Shown: positions 53,797-62,654 of the stretch, piece by piece
How the letters are laid out: the number at the start of each line of letters is the position of its first letter
Numbering within the stretch: the stretch's first letter is position 1
Origin: Helicobacter cetorum
GTDB lineage: Bacteria; Campylobacterota; Campylobacteria; Campylobacterales; UBA6016
Reading direction: 5' to 3'
NCBI GenBank assembly: GCA_022729705.1
Contig: DZAX01000003.1
Span: 17,214 to 81,213 of the forward strand
Length of the DNA: 64,000 bases
The notes under the pieces: model-generated
Seen by the model: only the letters and a program-made list of their open reading frames with translations
The model's database searches: none
Told to the model about the DNA's origin: nothing
Made by a program: the position numbers and the translations under genes

Positions 53797-54012
53797 TATT
53801 TGCCCTTATTATTTAATCTCTTCGGTGGCATAACCCACTTTTTTTACCGCATCAGCCAAATCTCTTGTGAAGTTAAGTTATAGCCAATTTGTCTCAAAAG
53901 AGCCATCGCCAAGTCACTCATACGCCAGAGACTGCAGATAAAGAGTTGGACAGAATGGTTTTAAAGCTTTATGGGGTGGATGCAAGCGACTTAAGCTAGA
54001 AGCTTTGAGTCG

Positions 54013-54390
54013 CTAAAACTTGCTACTATCTATCTCAATCACAGTATGCACATTGCCCCTTGGTTCAAAATCAAATGTTAGTTTCATCCATTTTGGAGCG
54101 AGTTTGGCGTATAGTGTGTCAAATATTTCGTTTGCGACGTTTTCGTGAGAGATATGCTTGTTTCTAAAAGAGTTGACATATAGTTTGATAGCTTTTAGCT
54201 CCACCACCCATTCGTTTGGCGTATACTCAATGCGTATCTCGCCAAAATCGGGGTAGCCGCTTCTGGGACACAAAGCGGTAAACTCTGGTAGGGTGATTTT
54301 GATGACGTAATTTTTTTTGTGTTCGTTTGCCCAAATCTCTAGGTCTTTTGAGACGTCAAAACCTTCTACTATCTGCTCTCCGTACTTCAT
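54013..54390 (-). CDS. queF: NADPH-dependent 7-cyano-7-deazaguanine reductase QueF (type I)
   Basis: EFTALCPRSGYPDFGEIRIEY (catalytic Cys motif) and HISHENVANEI, 125 aa. Confidence 0.85.
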   Translation of the reverse strand: MKYGEQIVEGFDVSKDLEIWANEHKKNYVIKITLPEFTALCPRSGYPDFGEIRIEYTPNEWVVELKAIKLYVNSFRNKHISHENVANEIFDTLYAKLAPKWMKLTFDFEPRGNVHTVIEIDSSKF

Positions 54391-56703
54391 CTACACATCC
54401 AAATGTTTTACATCTTTTGCGTGTTCTTCGATATATTTTCGTCTAGGCTCGACCTCGTCGCCCATAAACAGCGTAAATATACCGTCCGCTTCTTGACTAT
54501 TTTCGATAGCGACTTTTACAAGTCTTCTATTTTCAGGATTCATCGTAGTCTCCCAAAGCTGGTCAGGGTTCATCTCTCCAAGACCTTTGTACCTTTGGAT
54601 ATATGCGCCTTTTTTTGCGGAACTCTCCACGCTTTCAAGCACCTCAAAAGGGTCTTTACCCTCTAACAACGATAGATTTTTCTCTTTTAGCTTGTTGAAG
54701 ACGTGTATCGCTTCGGCAAATAGATGGTTTGAGAAGATATTGTCATCTATGATTATCTCTTCCAGTCCCGCATCTGTTTGGACAAATAGATGGATTTTTT
54801 CTTCGTTTATCGTCTTTGAGAGGATATTAAACCCTATTTTTTTGATATAGACATCAAGGTCGGCAAACAGCTCTTCGTTGTTTAGAGCAAGCAACTCCTC
54901 ATTTTCTATCATTCTTTTTACTACCTGCACTAGAGAGTATCTTTTTTTGAGCTCTTCCAAAATATCTTTGTAGTACGCCGTAGCTCTCAAAATATCTTTT
55001 ATCTCTTTATAATCTTTCTCATCCGCTCCTAGCGATTCTATGCCGTTTTCTATCAAAAATTCGTTTAGGGCTTGCCCATCCTTTAGGTATATCTCTTTTT
55101 TACCTTTTTTGTACCGATAAAGCGGCGGTTGGGCTATATATACATTTCCGTTTTGCACAAGCGGATTTAAGAATCTATAAAAGAAGGTAAGAAGCAGGGT
55201 TTGGATATGACTGCCGTCTACGTCCGCGTCGGTCATGATGATGAGTTTTCCGTATCTGAGCTTTTCATTGTCAAACTCATCGCCTATACCTGTGCCAAGA
55301 GCTGTAATGATATTTTTGATTTCGTCAGATTTTAGGATTTTTTCTAAGCCTGATTTTTCAACGTTTAGAATCTTTCCTTTTAGCGGCAAAATCGCTTGAA
55401 ATACCCTATTTCTCCCCTGCTTAGCGCTTCCCCCCGCAGAGTCGCCCTCCACTAGATAAAGCTCTGTGATAGAGGAGTCTTTGCTTTGACAATCCGCAAG
55501 TTTTCCCGGAAGCGTTCCCACAGACATAGACTCTTTTTTTCTAGTCAAATCCCTAGCTTTTTTGGCGGCTTCTCTACCTTTTGCGGCTAGAAGAGCTTTG
55601 TTCATAATAGCTTTGGCTTCTATCGGGTTTTCTTCAAAGTATTTTGTTAGCTTGTCGTATGCGAGTTTTTGAACCAAAGGTCTTACATAGCTACTTCCAA
55701 GCTTACCCTTTGTCTGCCCCTCAAATTGCGGCTCCGGCACGCGAACAGAGATTATCGCTACAAGTCCTTCTCTTACGTCGTCGCCGGTTACTTTTGTATC
55801 TTTTTCTCTAGCGTTTGCGTTTGCTTCCACATACGCCGTAATCGCTCTTGTAAGCCCCGCTCTAAAACCGCTTTCGTGTGTTCCACCGTCGGCTGTTTTG
55901 ATGTTATTTACAAAGCTTAGGACTTTTTCGTCATAACTTTCATTGTACAAAAGCGCTATATCCGCTTCTATATCTTCAAGTTTATCGCTAAAAGAGACTG
56001 TTTTGGTTAGAGAGGTTCTAGCACTTATATCTTCGACAAATTGAGCTATACCGCCCTCAAATTTGTAAACTTCTTTTACCCCGTTTCGCTCGTCGCTTAA
56101 GGTAATAGAGATTTTTGGATTTAGGTAAGCTAACTCTTTAAATCTTTTTGCAAGTATCTCAAACTGAAAATCTACCGTTTCAAAGATAGTACCATCCGGC
56201 CAAAACTCTACCGTAGTGCCGTTTTTTCTAGTGTTTCCGGTGACGCTTAAGATATTTTGAGGAATCCCTTTTTCAAAATCTTGTTCGTGTACTTCTCCGT
56301 TTTTGTAGATTGTGACGTGAAGTTTTGAAGATAGCGCGTTTACAACCGAGATACCAACGCCATGCAGACCGCCTGAAACTTTGTAAGTGTCTTTGTCAAA
56401 CTTTCCGCCCGCATGAAGCACGGTCAAAACTACAGTCGCCGCCGATATACCCTCTGTCGGGTGAATATCCACAGGAATACCTCTACCGTTGTCTTTTACA
56501 ATTGCCGAGCCTGATTTTGTTAGTATGACCTCTATTGTGTCGCAGTGTCCCGCCATCGATTCGTCTATGGAGTTGTCAACCGCTTCATAGACTAAGTGAT
56601 GCAAACCGCCTATACTTGTGTCCCCGATATACATACCAGGTCTTTTGCGCACAGCCTCTAAACCTTTTAGAACCTTGATATTACTTGCGCCGTATTCGCT
56701 CAT
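54391..56703 (-). CDS. gyrB: DNA gyrase subunit B
   Basis: YGASNIKVLKGLEAVRKRPGMYIGD, LVEGDSAGGSAKQGR, PLKGKILNVEK, YKGLGEMNPDQLWETTM. Confidence 0.95.
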   Translation of the reverse strand: MSEYGASNIKVLKGLEAVRKRPGMYIGDTSIGGLHHLVYEAVDNSIDESMAGHCDTIEVILTKSGSAIVKDNGRGIPVDIHPTEGISAATVVLTVLHAGGKFDKDTYKVSGGLHGVGISVVNALSSKLHVTIYKNGEVHEQDFEKGIPQNILSVTGNTRKNGTTVEFWPDGTIFETVDFQFEILAKRFKELAYLNPKISITLSDERNGVKEVYKFEGGIAQFVEDISARTSLTKTVSFSDKLEDIEADIALLYNESYDEKVLSFVNNIKTADGGTHESGFRAGLTRAITAYVEANANAREKDTKVTGDDVREGLVAIISVRVPEPQFEGQTKGKLGSSYVRPLVQKLAYDKLTKYFEENPIEAKAIMNKALLAAKGREAAKKARDLTRKKESMSVGTLPGKLADCQSKDSSITELYLVEGDSAGGSAKQGRNRVFQAILPLKGKILNVEKSGLEKILKSDEIKNIITALGTGIGDEFDNEKLRYGKLIIMTDADVDGSHIQTLLLTFFYRFLNPLVQNGNVYIAQPPLYRYKKGKKEIYLKDGQALNEFLIENGIESLGADEKDYKEIKDILRATAYYKDILEELKKRYSLVQVVKRMIENEELLALNNEELFADLDVYIKKIGFNILSKTINEEKIHLFVQTDAGLEEIIIDDNIFSNHLFAEAIHVFNKLKEKNLSLLEGKDPFEVLESVESSAKKGAYIQRYKGLGEMNPDQLWETTMNPENRRLVKVAIENSQEADGIFTLFMGDEVEPRRKYIEEHAKDVKHLDV

Positions 56704-56739
56704 GAAACCTCTTTTTTATTCGGATGTCTTAATTATTTT

Positions 56740-56813
56740 CTGCCGCTTTATGCGGCTAGCTTTAGCGGCTTGTGCTGCTTAGCGTAGCCAATACGGGCTT
56801 CGCCCGTTTTGGC
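56740..56813 (+). repeat. GC-rich multi-hairpin intergenic repeat, family B
   Basis: CTGCCGCTTTATGCGGCTAGCTTTAGCGGCTTGTGCTGCTTAGCGTAGCCAATACGGGCTTCGCCCGTTTTGGCG, between gyrB and dnaN. Confidence 0.75.
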
Positions 56814-56816
56814 GTT

Positions 56817-57890
56817 CTATAGGAATATCGGCATAACGATTGTTATAAAATTGTCGCTTTTTAGTTCAAATGGCATATTCGGCTCATTAAAACTTGTTGT
56901 AAACTCTTTTGAATCTATATTTGATAGAAAATCTATAATAAATCTTGAGTTAAAAGCTATCTGATACTCTGATTCCAACCCTGAACTAAACTCTATCTCT
57001 GTTTTTGCTTCCATATTCTCTTCAGACAAGCTCTCAAAAATAATCGCTTCTTTTTGAATTGTCATTTTTATCTCATTTGAAATATTACTAATCTGCTTTA
57101 TAGCTTCTATCACTCTATCTTTTTGAAGCGTTTGTCTATATTTTAGCTCTTTTGGAAGTATTCTGTTGTAATCAGGAAATTTTCCGTTGATTAGCTTTGT
57201 AAAAAATAGATATTGCTTTGTTTTTATAATCAAATAGTTTTGGCTATAAAACATATCTACATTGTCAAAAAACAGCTTTCCAATCTCCTGAATCGCTTTT
57301 TTTGGAATAATCATCGAAAGCTCTTCTTTGTTTTGCTCTTCTAGTTTTACAAGAGCCAATCTTTTTGTGTCCGTCGCCACTATGTTTACGCCGGTTACTT
57401 TTATATCGAGTAATGCGCCGTTTAACTCATATTTTGGATTGTTTGAGTCTATAGCTGAGCTAATTCTTTTAAATGCACTTATTAGCTTTACAGAGTTTAG
57501 TTCAACTTTTGGCAGATGTTCATATTCTGGAAACTTTGGAAACTCTTTTGCGTCAAACGTAGGCATTTTAAGCTTTGAGCCTTTTTGTTTGACCGTAATA
57601 TTGTTATCGGCGTATTCTACCGTAATATCATCGTCTTTTAGATTTCTCACATAATCGGCTATTTTTTTACCGTTAGCCGTTGCAAAACCTTCGTTTATTA
57701 CGTTTACGTCCTCGTTTGTTATCTTAAGACCTATTTCGTTATCCGTTCCCTTTATTGTCAAGGCTCCGTCTTTTGCCTCAATGTATATGTGAGAAGTGAT
57801 TTGACTATTGTCTTTTTTTTCTATAAACGGAATGACATTTGAGAGCATCTGTTCGAAGATCGTTTTGTTAATGGTAATTTTCATCTTCAC
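56817..57890 (-). CDS. dnaN: DNA polymerase III beta sliding clamp
   Basis: 357 aa of three-domain length, positioned between dnaA and gyrB. N-terminal MKITINKTIFEQMLSNV. Confidence 0.88.
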   Translation of the reverse strand: MKMKITINKTIFEQMLSNVIPFIEKKDNSQITSHIYIEAKDGALTIKGTDNEIGLKITNEDVNVINEGFATANGKKIADYVRNLKDDDITVEYADNNITVKQKGSKLKMPTFDAKEFPKFPEYEHLPKVELNSVKLISAFKRISSAIDSNNPKYELNGALLDIKVTGVNIVATDTKRLALVKLEEQNKEELSMIIPKKAIQEIGKLFFDNVDMFYSQNYLIIKTKQYLFFTKLINGKFPDYNRILPKELKYRQTLQKDRVIEAIKQISNISNEIKMTIQKEAIIFESLSEENMEAKTEIEFSSGLESEYQIAFNSRFIIDFLSNIDSKEFTTSFNEPNMPFELKSDNFITIVMPIFL

Positions 57891-58020
57891 TCCTTTTATT
57901 ATTAAGAAATTTTAGTAGTAGTATTAGTATGGCGTGTTTTTGTGAAAAACAACTACAAAAGCCTATGTCTAAGAGGCTTATATTAATTTGTTTATTATCC
58001 TTTTTTTTCACTTAATTCAC

Positions 58021-59349
58021 TTATGCTTCGTTTTTGACCATAATCTTTGTTTTTAGCTCTTCTAGTTTTGTCTCAAAATCGTTGTCGTTTTTTATTATTT
58101 CGTTGATTTTTTTGATTGAGTGGCTAACCGCCGTGTGATCTTTCATCCCAAAATAAGTAGCGATTATCGGCATTGAGTTTGGAGTTAGATTTCTAGCGAG
58201 ATAGATTACTATTCTTCTAGCATTTACTATTGCGCTGCTTCTTGATTTTGAGCGGATTTCGCTTGGTTTTATGTTTAGCTCTTTTGCGACTATGCCCACT
58301 ATATGGTCTATTGTGACGTTTTCTCTTTTCTCTCTGAGCTGGTCTTTTAACACGTTTTTTGCAAAATCAAGCGTGATTTCTTGCCCCATCATCTTTGAAA
58401 AGGCGTTTAATTTGATGATTACGCCCTCTATTTCCCTGATGTTCTCTCCTAAAGTTGAAGCTATGTAGCCTACTACTTCGGAGTTTAGGTATATGCCGTT
58501 TAGTTCGCATTTTTTGTTGACAATCGCTATTTTTGTCTCTAGCTCGGGCGGCGATATATCGGCAATAAGACCGGATTCAAATCTGCTTTTTAACCTAGCC
58601 TCTAGCCCGCCTATCTGTTTTGGGTGTTTGTCCGAGGTCATTACTATCTGTTTGCCGTTTGATTGCAAATCGTTGAAAGTGTGAAAAAACTCCTCTTGCG
58701 TCCCCTCTTTGTTTGATAAAAACTGCACGTCGTCGATTAAAAGCGCATCGCAACTTCTATATTTGTCTCTGAATCTATCCATCGTTTGGTTGCGAAGATG
58801 CGAGGTAAAATCGTTCATGAACTGCTCAATCGTTGCGTATATGATGTTTTTTGAGCCGGTTGTTAGCTTGTTGCCTATTGCGTGCAAAAGGTGGGTTTTG
58901 CCAAGCCCTACACCACCGTAGATAAAGAGCGGGTTATAAAGTTTACCCGGTTTTTCGGCTACCGAAATAGCGGCTGTATGCGCAAATTTGTTTGAAGAGC
59001 CGACGACAAAACTATCAAATATCCAAGATGGATTTAAAATCGTACTTTTGCTTTTTTGTGATACAGAGATGGCATTTTCAAACTTTACGCCCTCTTTTTT
59101 TGATTTTTTTGCAACCCCAACCCCTACTTTTACCTCTGGCTTTATACCTGTCTGAAGCTCGAATAGATGTGCGATTTTTGCGCTGTATTTTGACTCTACC
59201 CATTTGGCTACAAAAGGGTTGGCGGCTTTGAGCACGACAAGGTCGGATTTGGAAGCTTCTTCGTCAAATATTAGCCCAAGTAGGTAGTTGTCGTACTCCA
59301 TTTCGGTTAATTCTGTTTTTAGAAGTTTTCGGATAGTATCAAAAATCAT
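58021..59349 (-). CDS. dnaA: Chromosomal replication initiator DnaA
   Basis: Walker A GGVGLGKTHLLHAIGN, DDVQFL, C-terminal DNA-binding KDHTAVSHSIKKI. I prefer the ATG at 59347-49 (MIFDTIRKLLKTELTEMEYDNYL) over the TTG at 59397, because a DnaA box lies at 59359-67. Confidence 0.92.
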   Translation of the reverse strand: MIFDTIRKLLKTELTEMEYDNYLLGLIFDEEASKSDLVVLKAANPFVAKWVESKYSAKIAHLFELQTGIKPEVKVGVGVAKKSKKEGVKFENAISVSQKSKSTILNPSWIFDSFVVGSSNKFAHTAAISVAEKPGKLYNPLFIYGGVGLGKTHLLHAIGNKLTTGSKNIIYATIEQFMNDFTSHLRNQTMDRFRDKYRSCDALLIDDVQFLSNKEGTQEEFFHTFNDLQSNGKQIVMTSDKHPKQIGGLEARLKSRFESGLIADISPPELETKIAIVNKKCELNGIYLNSEVVGYIASTLGENIREIEGVIIKLNAFSKMMGQEITLDFAKNVLKDQLREKRENVTIDHIVGIVAKELNIKPSEIRSKSRSSAIVNARRIVIYLARNLTPNSMPIIATYFGMKDHTAVSHSIKKINEIIKNDNDFETKLEELKTKIMVKNEA

Positions 59350-59573
59350 TAAAAGCCCTGTGAATAACTGTGTTAAAACTTTTTTTATTCTAACCAAAAA
59401 AACATCAAAAAGAAGCCCAGAAGGTTTTATAATTCAATCTGAAAAAAGCCTTAAAGCCTTTTAAATAAGTGTTTAACAAGCTATAATTAGGCAGTAAAAT
59501 TTATTCACATCGATAAGTTATTCACTGGTGTGAATAAATGTGTGAATAAAATATTTTTTTAGGATTCAAATAG
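59350..59573. other. Candidate oriC / dnaA control region with five DnaA boxes
   Basis: TGTGAATAA at 59359, TTATTCACA at 59501, TTATTCACT at 59518, TGTGAATAA at 59529 and 59541, with AT-rich flanks (AAAATATTTTTTT). Confidence 0.6.
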
Positions 59574-60050
59574 TTGCTTATTTTAGGAATTGACCCCGGT
59601 ACAATCAACTGCGGATACGCCATCTTACGGGTCGAAAAAAACAAAATGTCGCTTGTCGAAGCGGGACTTATCAAGATAAAAACCAGAGAGCTACAGTTTC
59701 AAATAGCCGAGCTTGTAGAGGGTATCGATATGATCTTAAAAAACAGAACAATCGACGAAGTGGCGATAGAGGATATGTTTTACGCCCACAACCCAAAAAC
59801 CGTCATCAAACTAGCCCAGTTTCGCGGAGCCTTAGCACTAAAAATCATCCAAGAAATCGGCAACTTCCACGAATACACCCCCTTGCAAGTCAAAAAATCC
59901 CTAACCGGAAAAGCCAAAGCGGCAAAAGAGCAAGTAGCCTTCATGGTAAAAACGCTTCTTGGACTAAAAGAGGAGATTAGATCGCTGGATATTACGGACG
60001 CTATTGCGGTGGCTATTACTCATGCGCAGAGGGTGGGGTTACGGAGATAG
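59574..60050 (+). CDS. ruvC: Holliday junction resolvase RuvC
   Basis: [40 protein letters not shown] start. Confidence 0.9.
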   Translation: MLILGIDPGTINCGYAILRVEKNKMSLVEAGLIKIKTRELQFQIAELVEGIDMILKNRTIDEVAIEDMFYAHNPKTVIKLAQFRGALALKIIQEIGNFHEYTPLQVKKSLTGKAKAAKEQVAFMVKTLLGLKEEIRSLDITDAIAVAITHAQRVGLRR

Positions 60051-60113
60051 ATATAGTTTTCCTGATAAGGCTTTTTATGTTATTTTTAGTAACAAATTGA
60101 CTAAGAGCAAAAA

Positions 60114-61172
60114 ATGCGGAAAAACATTATTTTACAAAACAGCAACAATATAAATCCGATAAATCAAACAAAATTTCTTATTTCTGTTACCAATAGGCTT
60201 TTGGGTGATCATGCTGTTGCTTCCATTGACAACGATTGGATGCGGAGGCTTTGGCAATGGGCGGATGAGAATGGAATTGAGACTACGGATGAGTTTGATA
60301 TTTTTTGTATAAGCAATGATGAGAAACGATTAGATTTGACCAATAAAAATAAAAAAATGTTATGGGAAAAAATCGAGACAATAGACTATTTGTCGGATAG
60401 AGAACGAAATGTGATTTATATGAGGTATTGGCTTGAATACTCATATGCTCAAATTGGTGCGAAGCTTATGGTGACTGACGTAAGAGCTATGCACATTCAT
60501 AGTTCTGCGAAGATGAAACTGCAAAATGCCGCAAAGAATAAGCTACCTAGAGCTAAAAAAGAGCTTTTAGAGTGTCGAAGCTTATTTTTATTTCAGTTAG
60601 ATTTGAATGCATTACCGAAAGAGTTGTTTTGTTTAAAGAACTTAGAATCTTTGACACTATTTTTACCGTTGAAAGAATTACATCCAGATATTGCAAAGCT
60701 AACAAATTTAAAAAGTTTATATATAATAAGCCCAAAGCTTAAAGAGTTGCCAGACAGCATAGAAAATATGAGTTCATTGGAATTAATTACTGTTTGGGAT
60801 AGTGAGTTAGAAAAACTTCCAAATAATATAGCGGATATGAAGTCTTTAAGAAGTATTTGGATTATGGATAGTCAAATACAAGAATTACCACAAAATATTT
60901 TTGATAATAAGACTTTATGGGATATTAATATTCGCGGTAAATTAACAGAGTTGCCAGAAGCAAATAATTGGAAGTTTAGAGACCGAGAAGACTGGGAGCA
61001 TCTATCAATAAATCTGGATTTTAGCGACAACAATTTAAAGTCGCTGCCCGCCTCATTTGCGTATTTGCAAAATGCGGATTTAAATATCAGAGATAATCCG
61101 CTTGAGATGACAAACGAGCTTTTAAAACTAATCGAAATAATGGAGTTAAACGGTTGTATGGTGGAGATATGA
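60114..61172 (+). CDS. Fusion protein: sigma-70 region-4-like HTH followed by leucine-rich repeats
   Basis: LSDRERNVIYMRYWLEYSYAQIGAKLMVTDVRAMHIHSSAKMKL (r4/LuxR-like HTH). This is followed by about 7 LRR units (LKSLYIISPKLKELPDSIENMSSLELITVWDSELEKLPNNIADMKSLRSIWI...). AT-rich gene with no signal peptide. Confidence 0.65.
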   Translation: MRKNIILQNSNNINPINQTKFLISVTNRLLGDHAVASIDNDWMRRLWQWADENGIETTDEFDIFCISNDEKRLDLTNKNKKMLWEKIETIDYLSDRERNVIYMRYWLEYSYAQIGAKLMVTDVRAMHIHSSAKMKLQNAAKNKLPRAKKELLECRSLFLFQLDLNALPKELFCLKNLESLTLFLPLKELHPDIAKLTNLKSLYIISPKLKELPDSIENMSSLELITVWDSELEKLPNNIADMKSLRSIWIMDSQIQELPQNIFDNKTLWDINIRGKLTELPEANNWKFRDREDWEHLSINLDFSDNNLKSLPASFAYLQNADLNIRDNPLEMTNELLKLIEIMELNGCMVEI

Positions 61173-61878
61173 AAAAAAAACGTTGAGATTTTTGTAGACG
61201 AAGAAATTATAAAGTTAAAAAAAAGAGCTTGAAATACTGGAAGAGTGGCTAGAAGAGTTAACGGCGCAAAAAGCTGAGATAGAGATTGTTATTACGACGT
61301 TTAACGCTAGATATTTTGCCGAGCTCGGAGAGCTGTTGGATAGGCTTTTTGTCCTAAAGGCATCATGTTATTCGCAAGACTCCGATGATAGCGAATCATT
61401 GAAAAGCAAATATAAAGAATTTAAACAAAGTTTTGAAAATGCAAAAAATGATTCTTTGCCAATACTAGACGAGTCAAGCGAATTGGAACTCAAAAAACTA
61501 TACAGAGAAGCATGCAAGCTTTGCCATCCCGACATTATGCCGTTCGACCAATACGACAAAGCTGAAAAAATATTTAAAGAACTAAGCGCTGCCTATCAGT
61601 CGAAAGATATTTTTAAAGTAAAAGAGATTTGCAACAGACTAAAACTAAACAACTTTTTTTCTAGCGTTTCGCAAAGTGAGAGCGATAAAGAGACTCTGAA
61701 ACTTGTCATTAATTCTATAAAACAAAAAATATATGCCTTAGAAAGTAAAATTGAGCTGTTAACAAAAGACGAAACGTATTTGTTGATTGTCGGTATAGAG
61801 GATATGGGCGAGTATTTTAGGCGCCTAAAAGAAGCGCTCCAAAAAGAGATAGAAATGTTACAAAAACAAGGAGAGTCT
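61169..61878 (+). pseudogene. Coiled-coil J-domain protein interrupted at two poly-A tracts
   Basis: ATG at 61169, then A9 (61172-80) and A8 (61217-24). Removing one A from each gives MKKNVEIFVDEEIIKLKKELEILEEWLEELTAQKAEIE...KKLYREACKLCHPD (HPD J-domain motif). There is no stop before the DUF4160 start. Confidence 0.55.
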
Positions 61879-62145
61879 ATGCCTACAATATCGATGTTTT
61901 ATGGAATTATTATAAGAATGTATTGCGCGCCAAGCGAGCATAATCCGCCGCATTTTCACGCCTATTACCAAGAACACAAAGCGATAATAGATATAAATAA
62001 GTGCGAATTGACAGACGGCTACCTGCCAAATAAACAATTAAAGCTGGTGTTGGCGTGGGCGGAGCTTAGAAAAGAGGAGCTTTTGGCGGATTGGACGCTT
62101 GCCCAAAACGGCGAGCTACCGTACAACATAGACCCTATCAGATAA
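61879..62145 (+). CDS. DUF4160-family small protein
   Basis: The ATG follows AAGGAGAG. MPTISMFYGIIIRMYCAPSEHNPPHFHAYYQEHKAIIDI is the DUF4160 signature. Confidence 0.7.
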   Translation: MPTISMFYGIIIRMYCAPSEHNPPHFHAYYQEHKAIIDINKCELTDGYLPNKQLKLVLAWAELRKEELLADWTLAQNGELPYNIDPIR

Positions 62146-62154
62146 GGAGCGAAT

Positions 62155-62394
62155 ATGTACTTATCCGTAATTTACGCAAAAGCGCTGGACGATTACAAGC
62201 TATTAATCGGCTTTGAAAACAATGAGCAAAAGATTTTTGACGTAAAGCCATATCTTGAAATAGGCAAATTCAAAGAGCTGAAAAATGAAAAACTATTTCG
62301 TACCGTCAAGGTCAAATTTGACTCTATCGAATGGGATAATATGCTAGATTTAGACCCTGAATTGTTGTATCAAAAAGGGCTTAGCAAAAAATGA
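62155..62394 (+). CDS. DUF2442-family small protein
   Basis: 79 aa, ...LLIGFENNEQKIFDVKPYLE...FDSIEWDNMLDLDPELLY. It is the usual partner of DUF4160. Confidence 0.65.
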   Translation: MYLSVIYAKALDDYKLLIGFENNEQKIFDVKPYLEIGKFKELKNEKLFRTVKVKFDSIEWDNMLDLDPELLYQKGLSKK

Positions 62395-62654
62395 AATAGA
62401 GCATGAGCATGTTAAAATATTTGCTTTATATCGCTTATGAAAGTTTCGTAGAAAACTGTGGATGTTATAAAATTGAAGTTTGCTCAGATTAACTCACACT
62501 AAAAGTGAGCTGACCCAAATGGACTAGTTGTCCAGTTTGAAATAGCTAAAAAATAATTATGGATTTTGTACGCAGTAGCAAACTAAAAATTAGTAGGTGC
62601 TTAAAATGAAGCGGTGTTTAAATATAATACGCAAAAATTTTTATAAGGTAATGA

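Noticed and set aside
53877-53999. Short frame ending ...TADKELDRMVLKLYGVDASDLS*, resembling the C-terminal tail of restriction-modification or methyltransferase proteins.
   Set aside because: It covers only ~40 codons with a stop immediately upstream. The resemblance rests on a short LYG-type tail motif, so at best it is a tiny remnant.
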